Notes: generated by a model from the sequence alone, not told the origin. DNA of 64,000 nt from Octopus sinensis (GCF_006345805.1 NC_043003.1:81034001-81098000); one strand, 5' to 3'. Counted from the first letter of the stretch, positions 23,329-37,839 are shown. Program-made: numbers and translations.

Positions 23329-24764
23329 CTGAAAGTATTTAAGTAGGCAACTTCGAAAACATTTACGTGATTGCTCGGTCAACAAGAAATAATAGCTAAA
23401 TTGATATTGTTATGATATTGTCCCACAAATGTTTTGTTTATATATGTTTAAAGAGGATAAGATATGATTCGAAGCTGATATGGTTTCTATTTACATTTGA
23501 CCAAGGAACAACATCAAAAATCTCTCCCGTCTTTCCCTCTCTCTATCGTTGTAGAAATTAGCTTTGTTGCTGTTATAGTTTAGTCTCAATTAGCCCTGAC
23601 TGAGCAAATTATGACTCACGCAGCCCTGATTGAGTAGATTCTAAACAAAGACAGTCAACGCAAGAACACTTTGACTGTTTTGGGCTGCTAGGGAATACTA
23701 CACTATCCAGCGCTTCTTTCTCTTTTCTAAGGTAACTTTGTGATTGCAAAGAAATTTAGCTGCGTTTTTGTCGCGTGTCGGGCGACTACATGGAAGCCTT
23801 TTCATTAGAGAGATCTGCTGTGGTTTGACTTTAGATTGACGCTGAGAATTAAACCAATACTTAAAAGCATTGCTTCCTTGAAAATTTCATTTTATTTGTA
23901 TTTATGTATGGTATCTAATATGTTATGTCCTTGCGTAAGACAACAGAATGTACTTTTGAGATCGATTTGGTAGCTATTTCTAATAAATCATCGGTTCAGA
24001 CTCTAGCATTATAGTTTAGTGAACAGCCTAAAGTGTACTTTGATAAATTTTGTCAGAATAACTTCTTACTCTTGATAGGGGTCAACAAACCAATATTAAC
24101 GAACACAGGTTGCAGCCCGCTTACTTAGTGGCTGCACGCAGTATTTGATAAATTGAAAAGTGACTTCTTAGTTATTTATGACGGATTAATTCTGTAAGTG
24201 AAACAGTGTCAATCACTTATATGTTTAGAAAGTTTATTTGTTTAGTGGCATGAACCTTGGTTTGACATCTAACGTTGAACCTGTGTGGAGGCATCTATCA
24301 TTAACCATCTTGTTTGTATGATTCTTTTATCAACAAAGTTTGTCTCCTTCAAAAGCTTGGTCAAAATGATCTGACCTGGTAGTTATCTATTGCCACAGTC
24401 ACATAACTATAAATATGTCAGTTTATTATAGAATATTCTAGATTTAATATAGCCGTATATTTCACTCTATGCAATTCTACTGACAAATGTTTCATTGGTT
24501 CAGAATAGCAACACATTATGAACGTCGCAAATGGAAATATAATGACGAGATATATTGGATTGTAAAGAATAGAAATTGTCTGATTAACATACATCCATAT
24601 TGATAATAGCAGGAAAAGGCTTTGTCCATGTTGTTATCTGCTACATCAATTCCATTTTAAAGCAAAATATATGTTAATAAAACAATACATTGACTACTAT
24701 ATTGGTACACTAGAAAATGCATTAGCAACATAGTTTATATATATATATATATATATAATATATA

Positions 24765-24806
<42 letters not shown>

Positions 24807-25319
24807 TATGTTAATAAAGCTATATATTGACCGTTAGATCGGTACACTATTACAGTAGAAAAACAATTTGACAAACTAGCTGTTCCGTGATTAACGTATA
24901 TTGCAGGAACTTATTTATAAAGGTTTCTCTCCGTGTTAAGTTGTAGTGTAACGAATGTTGCAGGAAATGTTTTCTGATGTCTACTTATTATTAAAAGCAT
25001 ATTTAGAGTTAAATGTTCGTCCATGTTGTGGTTGTTGTCGTCGTTTATGTCAAGGTCAACGCTATAATCTTTGCCACTGTACTTTATTTTCTCAGGCATA
25101 TATAAAATATTTCGAGATGCCATTTGTAGGAAGGTTACAGCTTTGTTCTGGCAGTGTCTGATTTATGAGATAGGCTTTATAAAGGTTTTACTATTGTGCA
25201 TGTGTGTGCTTATACACACGCACAAAGACACACACACACACGATTTGATTTGATCTAGTTTCAGCTAATTTGGTGTTGCTACATAATTTTTACTTCTCTA
25301 ATCGTTTTTAAAAATTGAC

Positions 25320-25870
25320 ATTTGGAGTATGAGAGAGTTTGATGTCATTGCCCTCCTCTGCACTTTCTGCTGAGAAGTTGGTCATCTGGGACACCTACAT
25401 CCACCCCGTGCAGATCTCTCAGGTCCCACACAAGGATATTGAAGAGCTATGGTCCCTTAAAACCCAGGCTGCTGCAGTATCTTGTTCTATAGCTTGATGG
25501 CAAATTTGCCGTCCTTACCACTAAGCAGTGGCGCCCTGTTCAAGTATTAGTGTAACTCTCGATGCCAAATTTTGGAACAAGTCCCTTCAGGATCTTCTAG
25601 ATGTATATCAAGGCATATCTTTCCAGCCTGCACTCTAAAAAATAGAGTGTTAATCTCTTGAGTCTTTCCCAGTGGCTTATATGCTGCATAGAGGGTATCT
25701 TCTTCGTGTAGCTTCGTTGGATTGCCTCAAGTTCTGCAATTCATTTGAGACTGGTTGGTGATCATAGCTGGGAGCAGTAGTTAAAGTGGCTTAGGACAAG
25801 TGCCCTCCAGTGTACCATCATGTTTTCCCGGTCTAAAATCTCCAAGATCCCATCTGGTTAGCCGCCTGCA
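25320..25870 (-). mobile_element. CR1/L2-group LINE 3' relic
   Basis: NYCSQL..P...ELEAIQRSYTKKIPSMQHISHWERLKRL.LY.LE.R.ERY.LIY..KIL.GLVP is the typical post-RT segment. Confidence 0.75.
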
Positions 25871-25896
25871 TTTCATTTGACAACTTAGCAACATGC

Positions 25897-25930
<34 letters not shown>

Positions 25931-26027
25931 GAGAGAGATAGACAGATAGATAGAGAGCCGAGATAGATAGACAGATAGATAGATAGATAGATGATAGATA
26001 GATAGATAGATAGATAGATTACGATAG

Positions 26028-26121
<94 letters not shown>

Positions 26122-26269
26122 CACAGATAGATAGATTAGATAGATAGATAGATAGCGATAGGTAGTTTAGATTCATTTACATAATATAATAAATATCGCC
26201 TTCATCACCTTATCCCGTCTGGCTTAGCAGCCTTGACTATTTGTTTCACAGTCCTGTTTTTGTAAGCAA

Positions 26270-26500
26270 CTTTGACCCCTCGCAAAATCAAAAAATTTAT
26301 TTTGGTTTGCGGGAGCAACTGTTTTCTCGAAAGCATATATTGTCGTTAATTACTCGAAATGCGGAGTAGAAAAACAGCCAACAGCTTACTCGTCTTATTT
26401 TCCATTTGTTTCCCTCGCTGTTCGCAAAAAATAGTTTGTCTTGGTATTTCATGTTGTTTACATTTTGTGACATCCTGTACCCGTATATGCATATGTATAT
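26270..26500. repeat. Diverged copy of the repeat family forming the 41.5/43.0 kb inverted arms
   Basis: gagcaactgtttt...ctcgaaat.cgga.tagaaa.acagcc...atgttgtttacatt.tgtgacatcctgt is shared with 43000-43200. Confidence 0.6.
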
Positions 26501-26542
26501 ACATATATATGTCAGTATTTATATATATGTGGCTAATAAAGA

Positions 26543-26581
<39 letters not shown>

Positions 26582-26860
26582 TAATAATAAATATTAGGGA
26601 ATAAATCCAAACTTACAGGGAAAAATCAGATTTAGGTTGAATCCAATTTATAGTAAAATAGTCTTTCTTTGTTTGATTTGCATAATAGTGGTTTTGTCTC
26701 TAATTTATATAATATATATATATAGAGATATATATATAGGTGAGTATTGTAGCTCGCTTGAAGCATTGTATATTGTTTGTAAACAATAGTAATAATGTGT
26801 TTTGAATGGCACAACAATGCCTTATTACTATTTATTATCCATATACCTATCTATCCGTCC

Positions 26861-26948
<88 letters not shown>

Positions 26949-27166
26949 GTATGTATGTATGTATGTATGCATGTATTATGTATAGTAATATATATTTCAA
27001 AAGTTACATAGAGAAGAGAAAAATAGATGAAAATTGAGCGGAAACATCACGGACAGAGGAAGGAGATTACACGATACATGGAACACTCGCAGTTTATTTT
27101 CTCCTCAGTTGTTATCCGAGACATCATTGTGGTTTCGCGCTATATACATACATTCATATATATATA

Positions 27167-27245
<79 letters not shown>

Positions 27246-27250
27246 ATGTA

Positions 27251-27291
<41 letters not shown>

Positions 27292-28129
27292 CTATATGTA
27301 TGTATATATTACGTACATCTCAATAAATACATCTTTATATATATATATAATATATATATATATACATATATATATATGTATGTATGTTTATGTATTATGT
27401 GTGTGTTTCGGTGTGATTCTGTGTGCAAATTACAAATGCCATAAACTTGCTCTCCTCATTCTGAATGAATCTAGTCCCATTTTTCTACTAGCTATAATGA
27501 CGGAGAGTTTTTGTACTGATGACGGTTATTAAAATAGAAATAAACGTCAGTGACTACCCTCTGTTTCTTCAGACAATAACTCTATCCTTATTTCTAATTT
27601 CAATGTCGGTTTTGGGGCGTTCTTAAATATTTTGATTATCTCCCTTCCTCAAGTACAGCTGTTTGTAATTGCCATCTCTTATGCTATACCCTATTAATAT
27701 GTAGATAATTCTAATAAATTAAGAATTTATGTCGTATAGCATTTGATATACGTTTATTTACATGCATATATACGTGAGCAGAAGTATGCATTTGTATGCA
27801 GTTATATCCACACTCACGCAAAATCTCTACTTTACGTGGAGCTTGTGGTATGGAAAAAGGTTTAATATCAGTTACATTAGAGATGACAATACCTCCATAC
27901 CTTTCGACTACTCTTGCCAATAATGCCAAATAGCGATGAGGTTTCCTGAGAATATCCGGGTTATTTGAACCCACACTGCTACGCACTTTCCAACTACTCA
28001 TCTCTTCATCCACAGCAGCAATTTATGTGGAGTTACATCCGTTCATGCACTTACCTCATGTATATTTTGCACATCATTGCATTTTATCATTATGATATAT
28101 ATAAATATGCACACATATGCGTTTATATA

Positions 28130-28226
<97 letters not shown>

Positions 28227-28230
28227 TATA

Positions 28231-28465
28231 TTAGAGACAAACCACTATTTTGCAAAACAAACAAGGAAAGACTTAATCAATACATAAAATTTTAATAAAT
28301 AGTCAAAAAAATTTATGTATTGATTAAGTCTTTCCTTGTTTGTTTTGCAAAATAGTGGTTTTGTCTCTAATAATATTTTATAATATTTTACTATAAAATT
28401 GGATTTAATCCTAAATCTGATTTTTTCCCTGTAAATTTGGATTTATTCCCTAATATTTATTATTA
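28231..28465. repeat. ~58-bp near-perfect hairpin plus tail, partly repeated in inverse at 26580-26705
   Basis: 28231-28288 is the reverse complement of 28310-28370 with one bulge. Confidence 0.85.
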
Positions 28466-31074
28466 TATATATATATATATATATACAGAGAGAGAGAGAG
28501 AGAGAAAGAGAGAGAGCGAGAGAGAGAGCGAGAGAGATAAATAGATAGACATATGTATGTATGTATACGTACTCATATATATGTGTGTGTTTGTGTATGT
28601 GTGTATAGATGCATATATATGTACAAATATGTACACAGGGATACACATATATATACACACATTCATATTTAGATATAGGCATATATGTAAACTTACATAC
28701 AGGAGCCTACGTAAACTGACGTTAATAATAAGTTATAGTTTTCAAATTTAGAAGTCCTTTGGTCTTTATCTTTTGGGTAGGTAGCAATAATTATAGATAG
28801 CAATAATTTTATAATTATTGGCAATTATAGTTAATTATATGCAATAGTAATTACATAATACTCCTGCTATTTCTAGTGGTCGCTTGCTTGGTGAGTTCCT
28901 CTTGCGACGTAGACTTAATGCAAACCCCATCCCTTGATGTAAAGAGGGTGTAATTTTAATGATTTTAATTAATTATTAATTCTTGGCTCACTACACTTGG
29001 TACGCTAGCACCAGCTTAAATACGAGAAGTATGTTTCGGACATAGATTGTGTGCAGTGTCACAGATGAAATATGAACCGTCGACCCTTTACTTATTAGGC
29101 TGGCATTGATAAGAATATTTTCTCTAATAAATTCACATCGTAATGATATTATAAGGTTTGAAATTTATCACTGCCCTTATAATTTAAGCAATTACATAAA
29201 ATATAAAATATATGGCTGCTACATTGCGGAAAGGCCATTTAATAACATAAACGTACTTGTTACGTTCACTTTTAGTTTATTTCATGTCGTGTCAAAAGTT
29301 TCGTTGTACAACTGGGACTCGGTCACAGACACAGTCGTGCAACAAAAACTGTGCGAACTCATGAAATAAATTTAAAATTTAATTGGATTTTACAGCTTTG
29401 TGTGTAATGAAATAGATATTCCACAACGTAGTTGCTTGCTTCACCTCATAGTCTCAGATAGCTACATCTCCAATATAGATAATCCATTTAATAAGGCGAA
29501 CAACCAATTTATATTTCTATCAATAAACTGTAACAGTTTTAACCATCATTTAAACATTTTTCTTCTCATTTGCAGGCCATTCATTATAATTCTCTTATTC
29601 TCTTAATCTCTTCTTTCTCTCCCGCATTCTCTCTCTCTTTACCACAGCCAGCAAGCACCCATCGAATATAGTTACTTCAACGAACTCCTGCTAAATAATT
29701 AACCCTTCCATTCATTATCCAATTCTATTTTTTACTACTTTCGCAGCCTTATTTCCGTTTGCCATTTTCGCCCAAACACATTTCGCCCATAATTAAGACT
29801 AAACATCCTACTTTACTAATCACAATTAACTATCGCATTCACTTCGTTTTGAAAAGGCCTCATTAGCGTAGGAATTCAACTATTTCTTCTGCAAACTAAT
29901 AAATCTAACATCTAGTACTCCACTTACAGTTTGCCCCTTGTCTTATATTTTGAGCAGAGATCTCTAATTATATTCCATACTAGCTAGACATAATATTTAA
30001 TAAGGAATGTAAACTAGTTTACACAGGAATATTATATCTATTACGCTAGAATACACTAATACTTCGATTTCCTTGCTTACATCCTGTATTTCATAAATTG
30101 ATTTAGTTCACTGAAATGTATTTTGTATTGTGTCCGGTATGTGCTAGAATCCCACTGTGGCAATATTCTATACGTGCATACATGTCAACGTGTTATTCCT
30201 CCAAGGTAGAGTCTCACGTTTGTAAGAGAATGAATTAAACATTGGCTTCAAAGGGGTTATCATCGTTGCTCTGCCTCTTATACACATATATGTATGTGTT
30301 CGCGCACATGCATCCACACACACAAGCAAACACACACACACACACACAGGCACACACACAAGCGCGCGCGCACACACACGATCACACATTTATATTGATA
30401 TGTACACTAATTCGAAAATTAATTTAAAGATGTTGAGATTATTAAAGAAAGACGTCGTTAAGGTGTGTGTAAGTATGAATGTGACAAGATAAATTATTTG
30501 AAAATATTTGGCCGTACATCTTCAATTCATAGCAATAGCTAACCTTGCTTTTGTAGAAATGTAACCTTTGAACTGGAATAATTGCCCATCCCAAAAGTTT
30601 CACCTCTCTCTAACAATATCAATTAGCTCCTGTCGTTCGAACCAGTACAAAGTTCATTCCCAGTAATTTATCCGTTCTCTAATAGTTTCAATTAAATCCA
30701 TTGATTGTAAATATGAGCTGAGGTTAAGGATTGCCCCAAACCATTCATACATATACACACCTAACAATAACTTTCCATTACAATCTCTATAGCTTTAAAT
30801 TACTTATCAAAGGCGGTAATCATCCCACTCCCATACACCCTTCGAAGGTCAATTCTCTGCAAGCAACATTTCTTACTGCACAATCGTAAACAGTCCATGC
30901 TAAAATGGAACTCTGGGTAAACTCTCAGATTTTAATATAATTAACAGATCTGTTCACTTTAACCAGCATGTTGATTTATACATACATGCACACATACATA
31001 CATGCATATATGTGTATGTATATATGTATATGCATGTATATATGTATAGGCATTGTATGTATATATATACTCTT

Positions 31075-31254
31075 TTACTCTTTTACTTGTTTCGGTCATT
31101 TGACTGCGGCCATGCTGGATCACCGCCTTTAGTCGAGCAAATCGACCCCGGGACTTATTCATCGGTCTCTTTTGCCGAACCGCTAAATGACGGGGACGTA
31201 AACACACCAGCATCGGTTGTCAAGCAATGCTGGGGGACAAACACAGACACACAA

Positions 31255-31285
<31 letters not shown>

Positions 31286-31467
31286 ATATATATATATATA
31301 TATATACGACAGGCTTCTTTCAGTTTCCGTCTACCAAATCCACTCACAAGGCATTGGTCGGCCCGGAGCTATAGCAGAAGACACTTGCCCAAGGTGCCAC
31401 GCAGAGGGACTGAACCCGGAACCATGTGGTTGGTTAGCAAGCTACTTACCACACAGCCACTCCTGCG

Positions 31468-31469
<2 letters not shown>
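31075..31469 (-). mobile_element. SINE family B, near full length
   Basis: Reverse complement nearly identical to 54008-54394, including the internal (TA/TG)n tract. Confidence 0.9.
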
Positions 31470-31526
<57 letters not shown>

Positions 31527-31569
31527 TTATGTATATGTATACACACATACATATGTATACATACATATG

Positions 31570-32030
31570 TCCTGGAATAAATATAGAGAATACCCCTGTT
31601 ATTCAGTGCATAAACGAATATCAGTACAGGGGATGCTGGTGGAACATTCCTATCTAAACATCTGTCATGTGTAAATATAAGAGGCCGGTCGCTGTTTTTT
31701 GGGGCGGACAACTGAAAGAATGCACTGTCAGCTATCCTACTGTTGTGAATACCTCCTTGAATATCAAAGAGAAAGAAGATAACTATGGACAACTGCTTCT
31801 AAACCTCCAGCTTTTATATCCAGATTACAAAATTTACATTTATACCAAGTAAATGTCTAACTGTTAGTTAAATTGTCTTTTGTAAGTAAATGTCTAACTG
31901 TTAGTCTGGATAAGCTTGGATTTTCAGAAAAATGTTATCAACCAACTGACTTTGAAATTACAAATACTATCTCTAAGCGGAACAGTAAAACTATGAAAGA
32001 CATTTCTCATTGTATTCGTTATCTACATTC
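31570..32030 (+). mobile_element. Restriction-like-endonuclease (R4/Dong/NeSL-type) LINE 3' relic
   Basis: Broken frames give WWNIPI...RP.(D)..FW....ECTV..S.PT.VN.SL.IKEKEDNYGQLL.NLQLLYPDYK.TFIP, a PD-(D/E)xK REL segment. Confidence 0.65.
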
Positions 32031-32453
32031 CAAAGATGGAATTTTGTATCTTTCTAAGGACCAAGCTCCTGGTATCAATTTTGAGCACGAATTCAAATAT
32101 ATAAGTAGATTTCTTAAGGTATTAACAAGCTGTGCTTATGTAAGAGAATCTACTTATTAATCCCTGATGTACATCTTAATCTCTGCATTTATGTTTCAGT
32201 TATAAATTCCATGCTCTAAAGTGATACCACTTGCTTTGTCTGTTCAGTCGTTCTTTCTGATATATATCTTCTCGCTCGATGATGAATCACTCATAGCCAT
32301 CCATTGCTGGGCACCTGCAACACCACTTTTGTTTTAGTCGCAGTTCAATCAATGTTTATCGTGCTAAACTAGCTTGAACACTTCTGTTGCATATCTATTA
32401 CATTGCATTATTACACGCAGCTTATCTTTACACTATATATATATATATATAAC

Positions 32454-34953
32454 AGATGGCGACACTGAACGAACTGGTGTTTTCACACCTTTTTACCATA
32501 GGAGGAATTTTTTCTCCTCAGTAACTGCAGTGTATTTGCCTTTAGCAGTGGAAACATGTGATAAACATATTTCAACTAACCTAAATTATGCTCATACCTA
32601 AACACTGCTCTGTTATTTATCTCGATCGGGAGATCTACTAGCGCAAATCAGCCAACGTTTTGACTGAATTGTATATAAAGTTACAAGCTTTATTTAGTTC
32701 GTTCAGAGTTGTACCTCTTAGCTACATCTCCTACTGGCTACTGCTTGTTTGTGAGTTCTGTCATTATGTTTTTTATTATTTTTATTTTTGCACTATTTGT
32801 TGTACCTGCTGAAATTCGAATTTTTGATAATTTGTGAACTGTTATTTTCGCCCTGCGGGACTGCAAATTGTGAAATTTTTGAGATTGTTGGAAACAACTG
32901 CTATTGGACTTTTGGTAATTTGAACTCTTAACCTTGCAGGGTAAAAAAAAATAGTATTATTTTTGTCAATAATTTTGGCAAAAGTTCATTTTTGTCGATT
33001 TGTATATTCCTTTTCAAAGAATTTATTTTTCTGTAAAATTACATTATGGAATTCAATGTAATGTCTAAGGAGGATTTCCCAGAAATGGAAAAAGTACCAA
33101 ACAAAGAAACTGATAATGTAAAACAAGTGTTTAAGGAAAAACCCATTTTTTCGGCAGCCGTAGGCGGTAATATGATAACGCTAGTGGTGACGATGGCTGA
33201 ATTGTTTAAGTATAGAAATCTCGTAAGAAAGAACGGAAATGATACGAAGTTGCTCCCACCGCAGGAAATTCTTCAAATTATAGCTGCGAGAACGGTGGTA
33301 TATAAAACAGAATTGTAACTTGTAAAAGTGAAATAATTGAAAAGTGTCTGGCACCTATATGGAATAAAATTGTATACGTTGTACGTGGTAGAAGGAATGC
33401 CACGGTAGCAACACAGTTTGATAACGAGAACACAGCTAAGGAGTTATCAACAAGAACATTAAGAAATGAGGAAATAATTTTACTACCAACGTATTTTGGT
33501 AGAAGAACGGAAAAATCACCGTAGAAGAAATACCAGCAGGATACGACATGATTTGGATAGCAGCAGCCATAACTTAGGGCAAGGAGGGGAAAATGTCTAT
33601 TTTACAGATGATGAAGAAAGAGGCCGAAAACTGGAAAGGGCAGACCCTTGAGGTCGTGGTTCAAACCACCCCAGAAGTACTAGAAGGGCTGCCCGATAAG
33701 ATATTTATAGGGAAGGTGCTGAGTGTGAGAGTTGCAGCAGAGAGTTGCTTTAAGTGCAACGAAAAAGGCTACGTCCGCTCTGAATGCAAGCAAAAAAAAA
33801 GAGTGAAGCCTCTCCCCAAAAAGAACCTCTAGCGATAGGAGAAAAGGAGAAAGAAGAACTGAATAAACAAGAAAAGACACAAGAAAGAACATAAGAAAAA
33901 CTCAAGGAAAACAAAAGAAAAAAACACAAGAAAAACACAAGGAAAATGCGAGAAAAAACACAATATACAACTCAAAACACAATGTGAAAGAAATGGAATT
34001 TACCGTGGTTAAATCCCAAAAGAAGAAAATGGTCGAATCCCCGGACTCCCCTCCCCGTACAAAGAAAATAAATAAGCCAATTACAGAAACACATAAAAAA
34101 TCTCCCCTCGCCGTCCCCTTGTTAAAACTCATTACCAAACCCCACCCCAAGGTGCAAGAAAAATGTGTGTCCTTTAATGAAAAAAATGAGGTACTATCAA
34201 AAGTGATTAGAGCTCGGATATATAAAGACAATAAGAACATGCTGCCTCACATTCCAATTGCTAGGATGGAGATGGGATTATTCAGTGAACTCAAAGGAAG
34301 GTATCGTGATGACTTAAAAGATGTAAGTCAAGAGATGACCGGTAGAACATTTATGGTCGGTCCAGTGGCTACACCACAAAAGAAAATGTATGGGGAGGAA
34401 GCTGAATTCTTGCAGCCCCTCCCCAAAATTAACATGTAAGTATACGTCACTATGGAGAATAAACTAGGGTGTGTAAATGCGCGTGGCCTGCGGTCAAAAT
34501 GGTTACAAACGTGTCTCCAGGACGACCTTAGGTCACTAAATATAGATGGTTGTGTTATTCGGAAAAAATGGAAGGATGTGGCAAGGAAGTTGGGTATGAA
34601 TGACTGCTTAATCTCATCCATGGTAGAAAAGTATGGTGTAGCCGTTGGACTTCATGGTCAAGGGTAAACTAGTAAAACTTGTAAATATTTAAAATATAAC
34701 ATTCATTATCGTATTTTTAAAACCACTGTAAAAAGAACTCATAAACGAACTATGTGTTTGTAACGTCCAAGAATCATCGCTTAGGTACATCTTTTGACAA
34801 AAGTCAAAATACTCGAAATATCGATGTCTGAGATTCCAAATAGATGGCGGCACTGAACGAACTGGTGTTTTCACGCCTGTTTACAATATAAGTGAGATAT
34901 AGCAGTTAACTTCCGTGACAAGCATATTTCAACTAACCGAAATTGTGCCCATA
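32454..34953 (+). mobile_element. Tx1/L1-type 5' half (UTR, ORF1, EN start) bounded by direct repeats
   Basis: ORF1 pieces include the CCHC-type knuckle CFKCNEKGYVRSEC (33593-33832). ORF1 stops at 34439. ORF2 starts at 34452 with LGCVNARGL...D (APE motif I), then is lost. Related repeats lie at 32454-32596 and 34842-34953. Confidence 0.7.
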
Positions 34954-34970
34954 TATATTATATATATATG

Positions 34971-35093
<123 letters not shown>

Positions 35094-35208
35094 ATATATA
35101 TCTATACATACATACATACATACATACATACATCGTAAACAGCGCGAAAGATTCCGATACCAAGTGGTATTGATAAATATGTGAATGTATGGCTGTGTGC
35201 GTATGTGC

Positions 35209-35246
<38 letters not shown>

Positions 35247-36589
35247 TTGTGTGTGTGTGTGTAATGCATGCATGTTTTTCACAGATATGTAATGACGGAA
35301 GATATAAACATAAAAAGGTCAGTAAATAACCTTCAAAGTACCTTGCAGTATAATTTTATTATTATAATTATATTATCAAATGTACTGATTTTTGTTTTCA
35401 TTGTCTCGGCTGCCGTCGTCATCGTCGTCGTCATCTCCACTAATAAAATCTAGAATCTACTGAATACCTGCCTGGTGCAACTCTTCAGGCGCACAGATGA
35501 AGATGAATTGGGATCTTATAGCATTCATGCTTTTCCGAATATCATTAATGATACAAATAGACCATTACATTATCCTTGTAAGAATTGTAAGCATAATTAC
35601 ATATAATATTTTCTTTCGGTTGACGAGCTTTAAAAATCTAATGAGATCGATGACAGTAGTTAAAATACATGATGGTTAATGTCTACTATAGACATCAGAC
35701 ATCATAATCATTTTTGAAATTATAGGAATATATAAATATTCTGTGATTTAATATTGACTATCATTTAATATTGACTTATCATTTTATGTTGACTATCATT
35801 TTAGCATAATTTGTTTAATGAAGTCTGATAGACAATGTGTTAAAAACCTTTATGCAAGCTGGTGACTAGTACACCACGTTAACAATTCCACAATAATTTC
35901 ATTATAAAGAGTTGTCTTCGCCGAGAATTTAAAAATAAAATGGACATTTCAACTCAGTAATATAATCGTTGGCAATACTAGTTATCTTTGTATATAAAAC
36001 ACACACACACACACCACACACACACACACACACACACGCACACATATGTAACAATGGATGGATTGTGATTCACTACAGCTGTTTCAGAAGTGCATGTTTT
36101 TTTTATTGATGAACAGAAATGCTACATGAGGGGAATATATATCATTTCATCGGGTGAATACAGGTAAGGATAATCAATTAGATCTCCCCAATATTTTTTC
36201 TGTGTCGTCCTAGTCATTTGATAATATGTACTTGCTCTTGAAAAGTCCTAATTGTTAATTCGTATTTGTATTCACCCGAGGAAAACGGTTTCTTGCATTG
36301 TATAACACTTCAGTTCCTCAATAAATCGATTTAAAAAAACAAAATGACACAGCTGCAGTGAACCACATTCCCTCTGTTATTATCGTTCATCCTTCATCTT
36401 ACTTGGAACCTGACATTCATTTGGATCTACAGTCACTAGACGGCGGTGCAATAGGTGCAATGAGAATATCCAACGGTGACATTGATGACTCGTTGTGTAT
36501 TCAGTCAGTCACTTGTTAATGTATGCATAACTGGAGAATAAGTCGCTATACATTGTTTGCACACGATACCCCGACCTTCGTGCTTTCAT

Positions 36590-36850
36590 TATCTAAATAC
36601 TTGATTCTCTCAAACCCTGGAAATTATATATATTAATGCTAATAATATGACAACAAAAGAATGAATGAGACCTCGATATTATGTAAAATAAAGGAATTAA
36701 TCTATAAATATTGTATGTGACAATTAGTTCGTTGTCATAATAAAACTCAGATAGTGCTTTCTCTTAGTAACTGATGAGATGCTGGAGCAGACTGCAGCCC
36801 CAGTATCTAAAACTCTAAGTTTTATTATGACAACCAACTAATTGTCACAT
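36590..36850 (+). mobile_element. PLE 3' terminal fragment with hammerhead-like motif in a long hairpin
   Basis: FII*ILDSLKP resembles the PLE ORF end. Arms 36716-36751 and 36813-36848 are inverted. Core motif at 36765-36826. Confidence 0.55.
36765..36826 (+). ncRNA. Type I hammerhead-like motif
   Basis: UAGUAA-CUGAUGA-GAUGCUGG(14 nt)CCAGUAUC-U-AAA-ACU(CUA)AGU-U-UUAUUA; G12 appears mutated. Confidence 0.55.
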
Positions 36851-36889
36851 ATTATATATATATATATTTATATATATCAGCAATATGAA

Positions 36890-37800
36890 GCCTGACATAG
36901 AGAATCCCTGCTTGACTCCAGTTGTAACCTAAAATCCACCTTGCCTTGTCCCTGTCATCCATTACTGTACCCTGGAAGTCGTTGTATGTAGCTCAACATT
37001 CCTAGGCTTGCTCTTAAAGGTTTCACATTTTGCATTTCTTGTCTTGTAGAATCTAGACTGCTCTTTTCTGAATGCCTGATCTACTCCTCTCTGTATTCTC
37101 TCAATACTGACTCATCCCATTACTTTGCCTATTACAAAGAGTAATGTTATTTCTTTCCATTTCCGGCATCACTCCAAACCACCTTTCTTTGGTAATATGA
37201 TGATAATCCCTTTTTTCGACTTGCCTAGTGTTTTTGTAATGTGCCATGCTTTTTTTGTACAATTTCGTCAATACATGTGCTGCCAAATCCTTGTCCCCCT
37301 TGAGCTGTTCGGTTGGCAGTTCGTCACCCTGGTGCTTTGCTGTTCTGAGTTTCTTTAAGTCCCTGTTGTACATCCATCTCTGAAATCTCTCCACTATTAA
37401 TGTCTCTATTTTCTCGGATCTAGTCTCTTCATCAGTTATCGAGTATTGTGTGGTTCCTCCCTTGCTAGCGCTGATTGGAAGTGTTCTATCCATCTATCAA
37501 GATGTGCAGTCTTATCCTTGATTATGTTCCCGTTCCTGTCTTCGATGGCCGCCATCTTCTTCCACTTTTTCTTCGTTAACATTCTGACAGCTTGGTAGAT
37601 TTTCATTTTGCCTTTTTCTGCTGAATTTTCAGCTTCCTTTTAATTTCCTCTATTCATTTCCGCTTGTCTTCTCTCGACAAGCGCTTTACTTCTCTGCCCT
37701 TCAGCATGTAGACGAACATTGATGCGCTCTGAGTGCGTGCTATGAATGGTGTTAATCTTATTTCTCTGCTCTATCGCTTTCCACATTGCTTCGTTTTAGA
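36890..37800 (-). mobile_element. RTE-clade LINE, inverted 5' segment
   Basis: IEDRNGNIIKDK...RWIEHF, KLKNSKAPG-like, IIILPKKG..CRKW..ITLL-like and VTTGVKQG motifs on the minus strand. Confidence 0.75.
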
Positions 37801-37839
37801 TATTTTTTCGAAGAAAAAGAGAAAGGCATAGGAATAGCA

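Noticed and set aside
24070-24195. Segment with good splice sites on both strands
   Set aside because: All frames contain stops; it could be UTR but is unsupported.
27711-28013. 100-aa minus-strand ORF
   Set aside because: GTG start, no credible acceptor, no recognisable motif.
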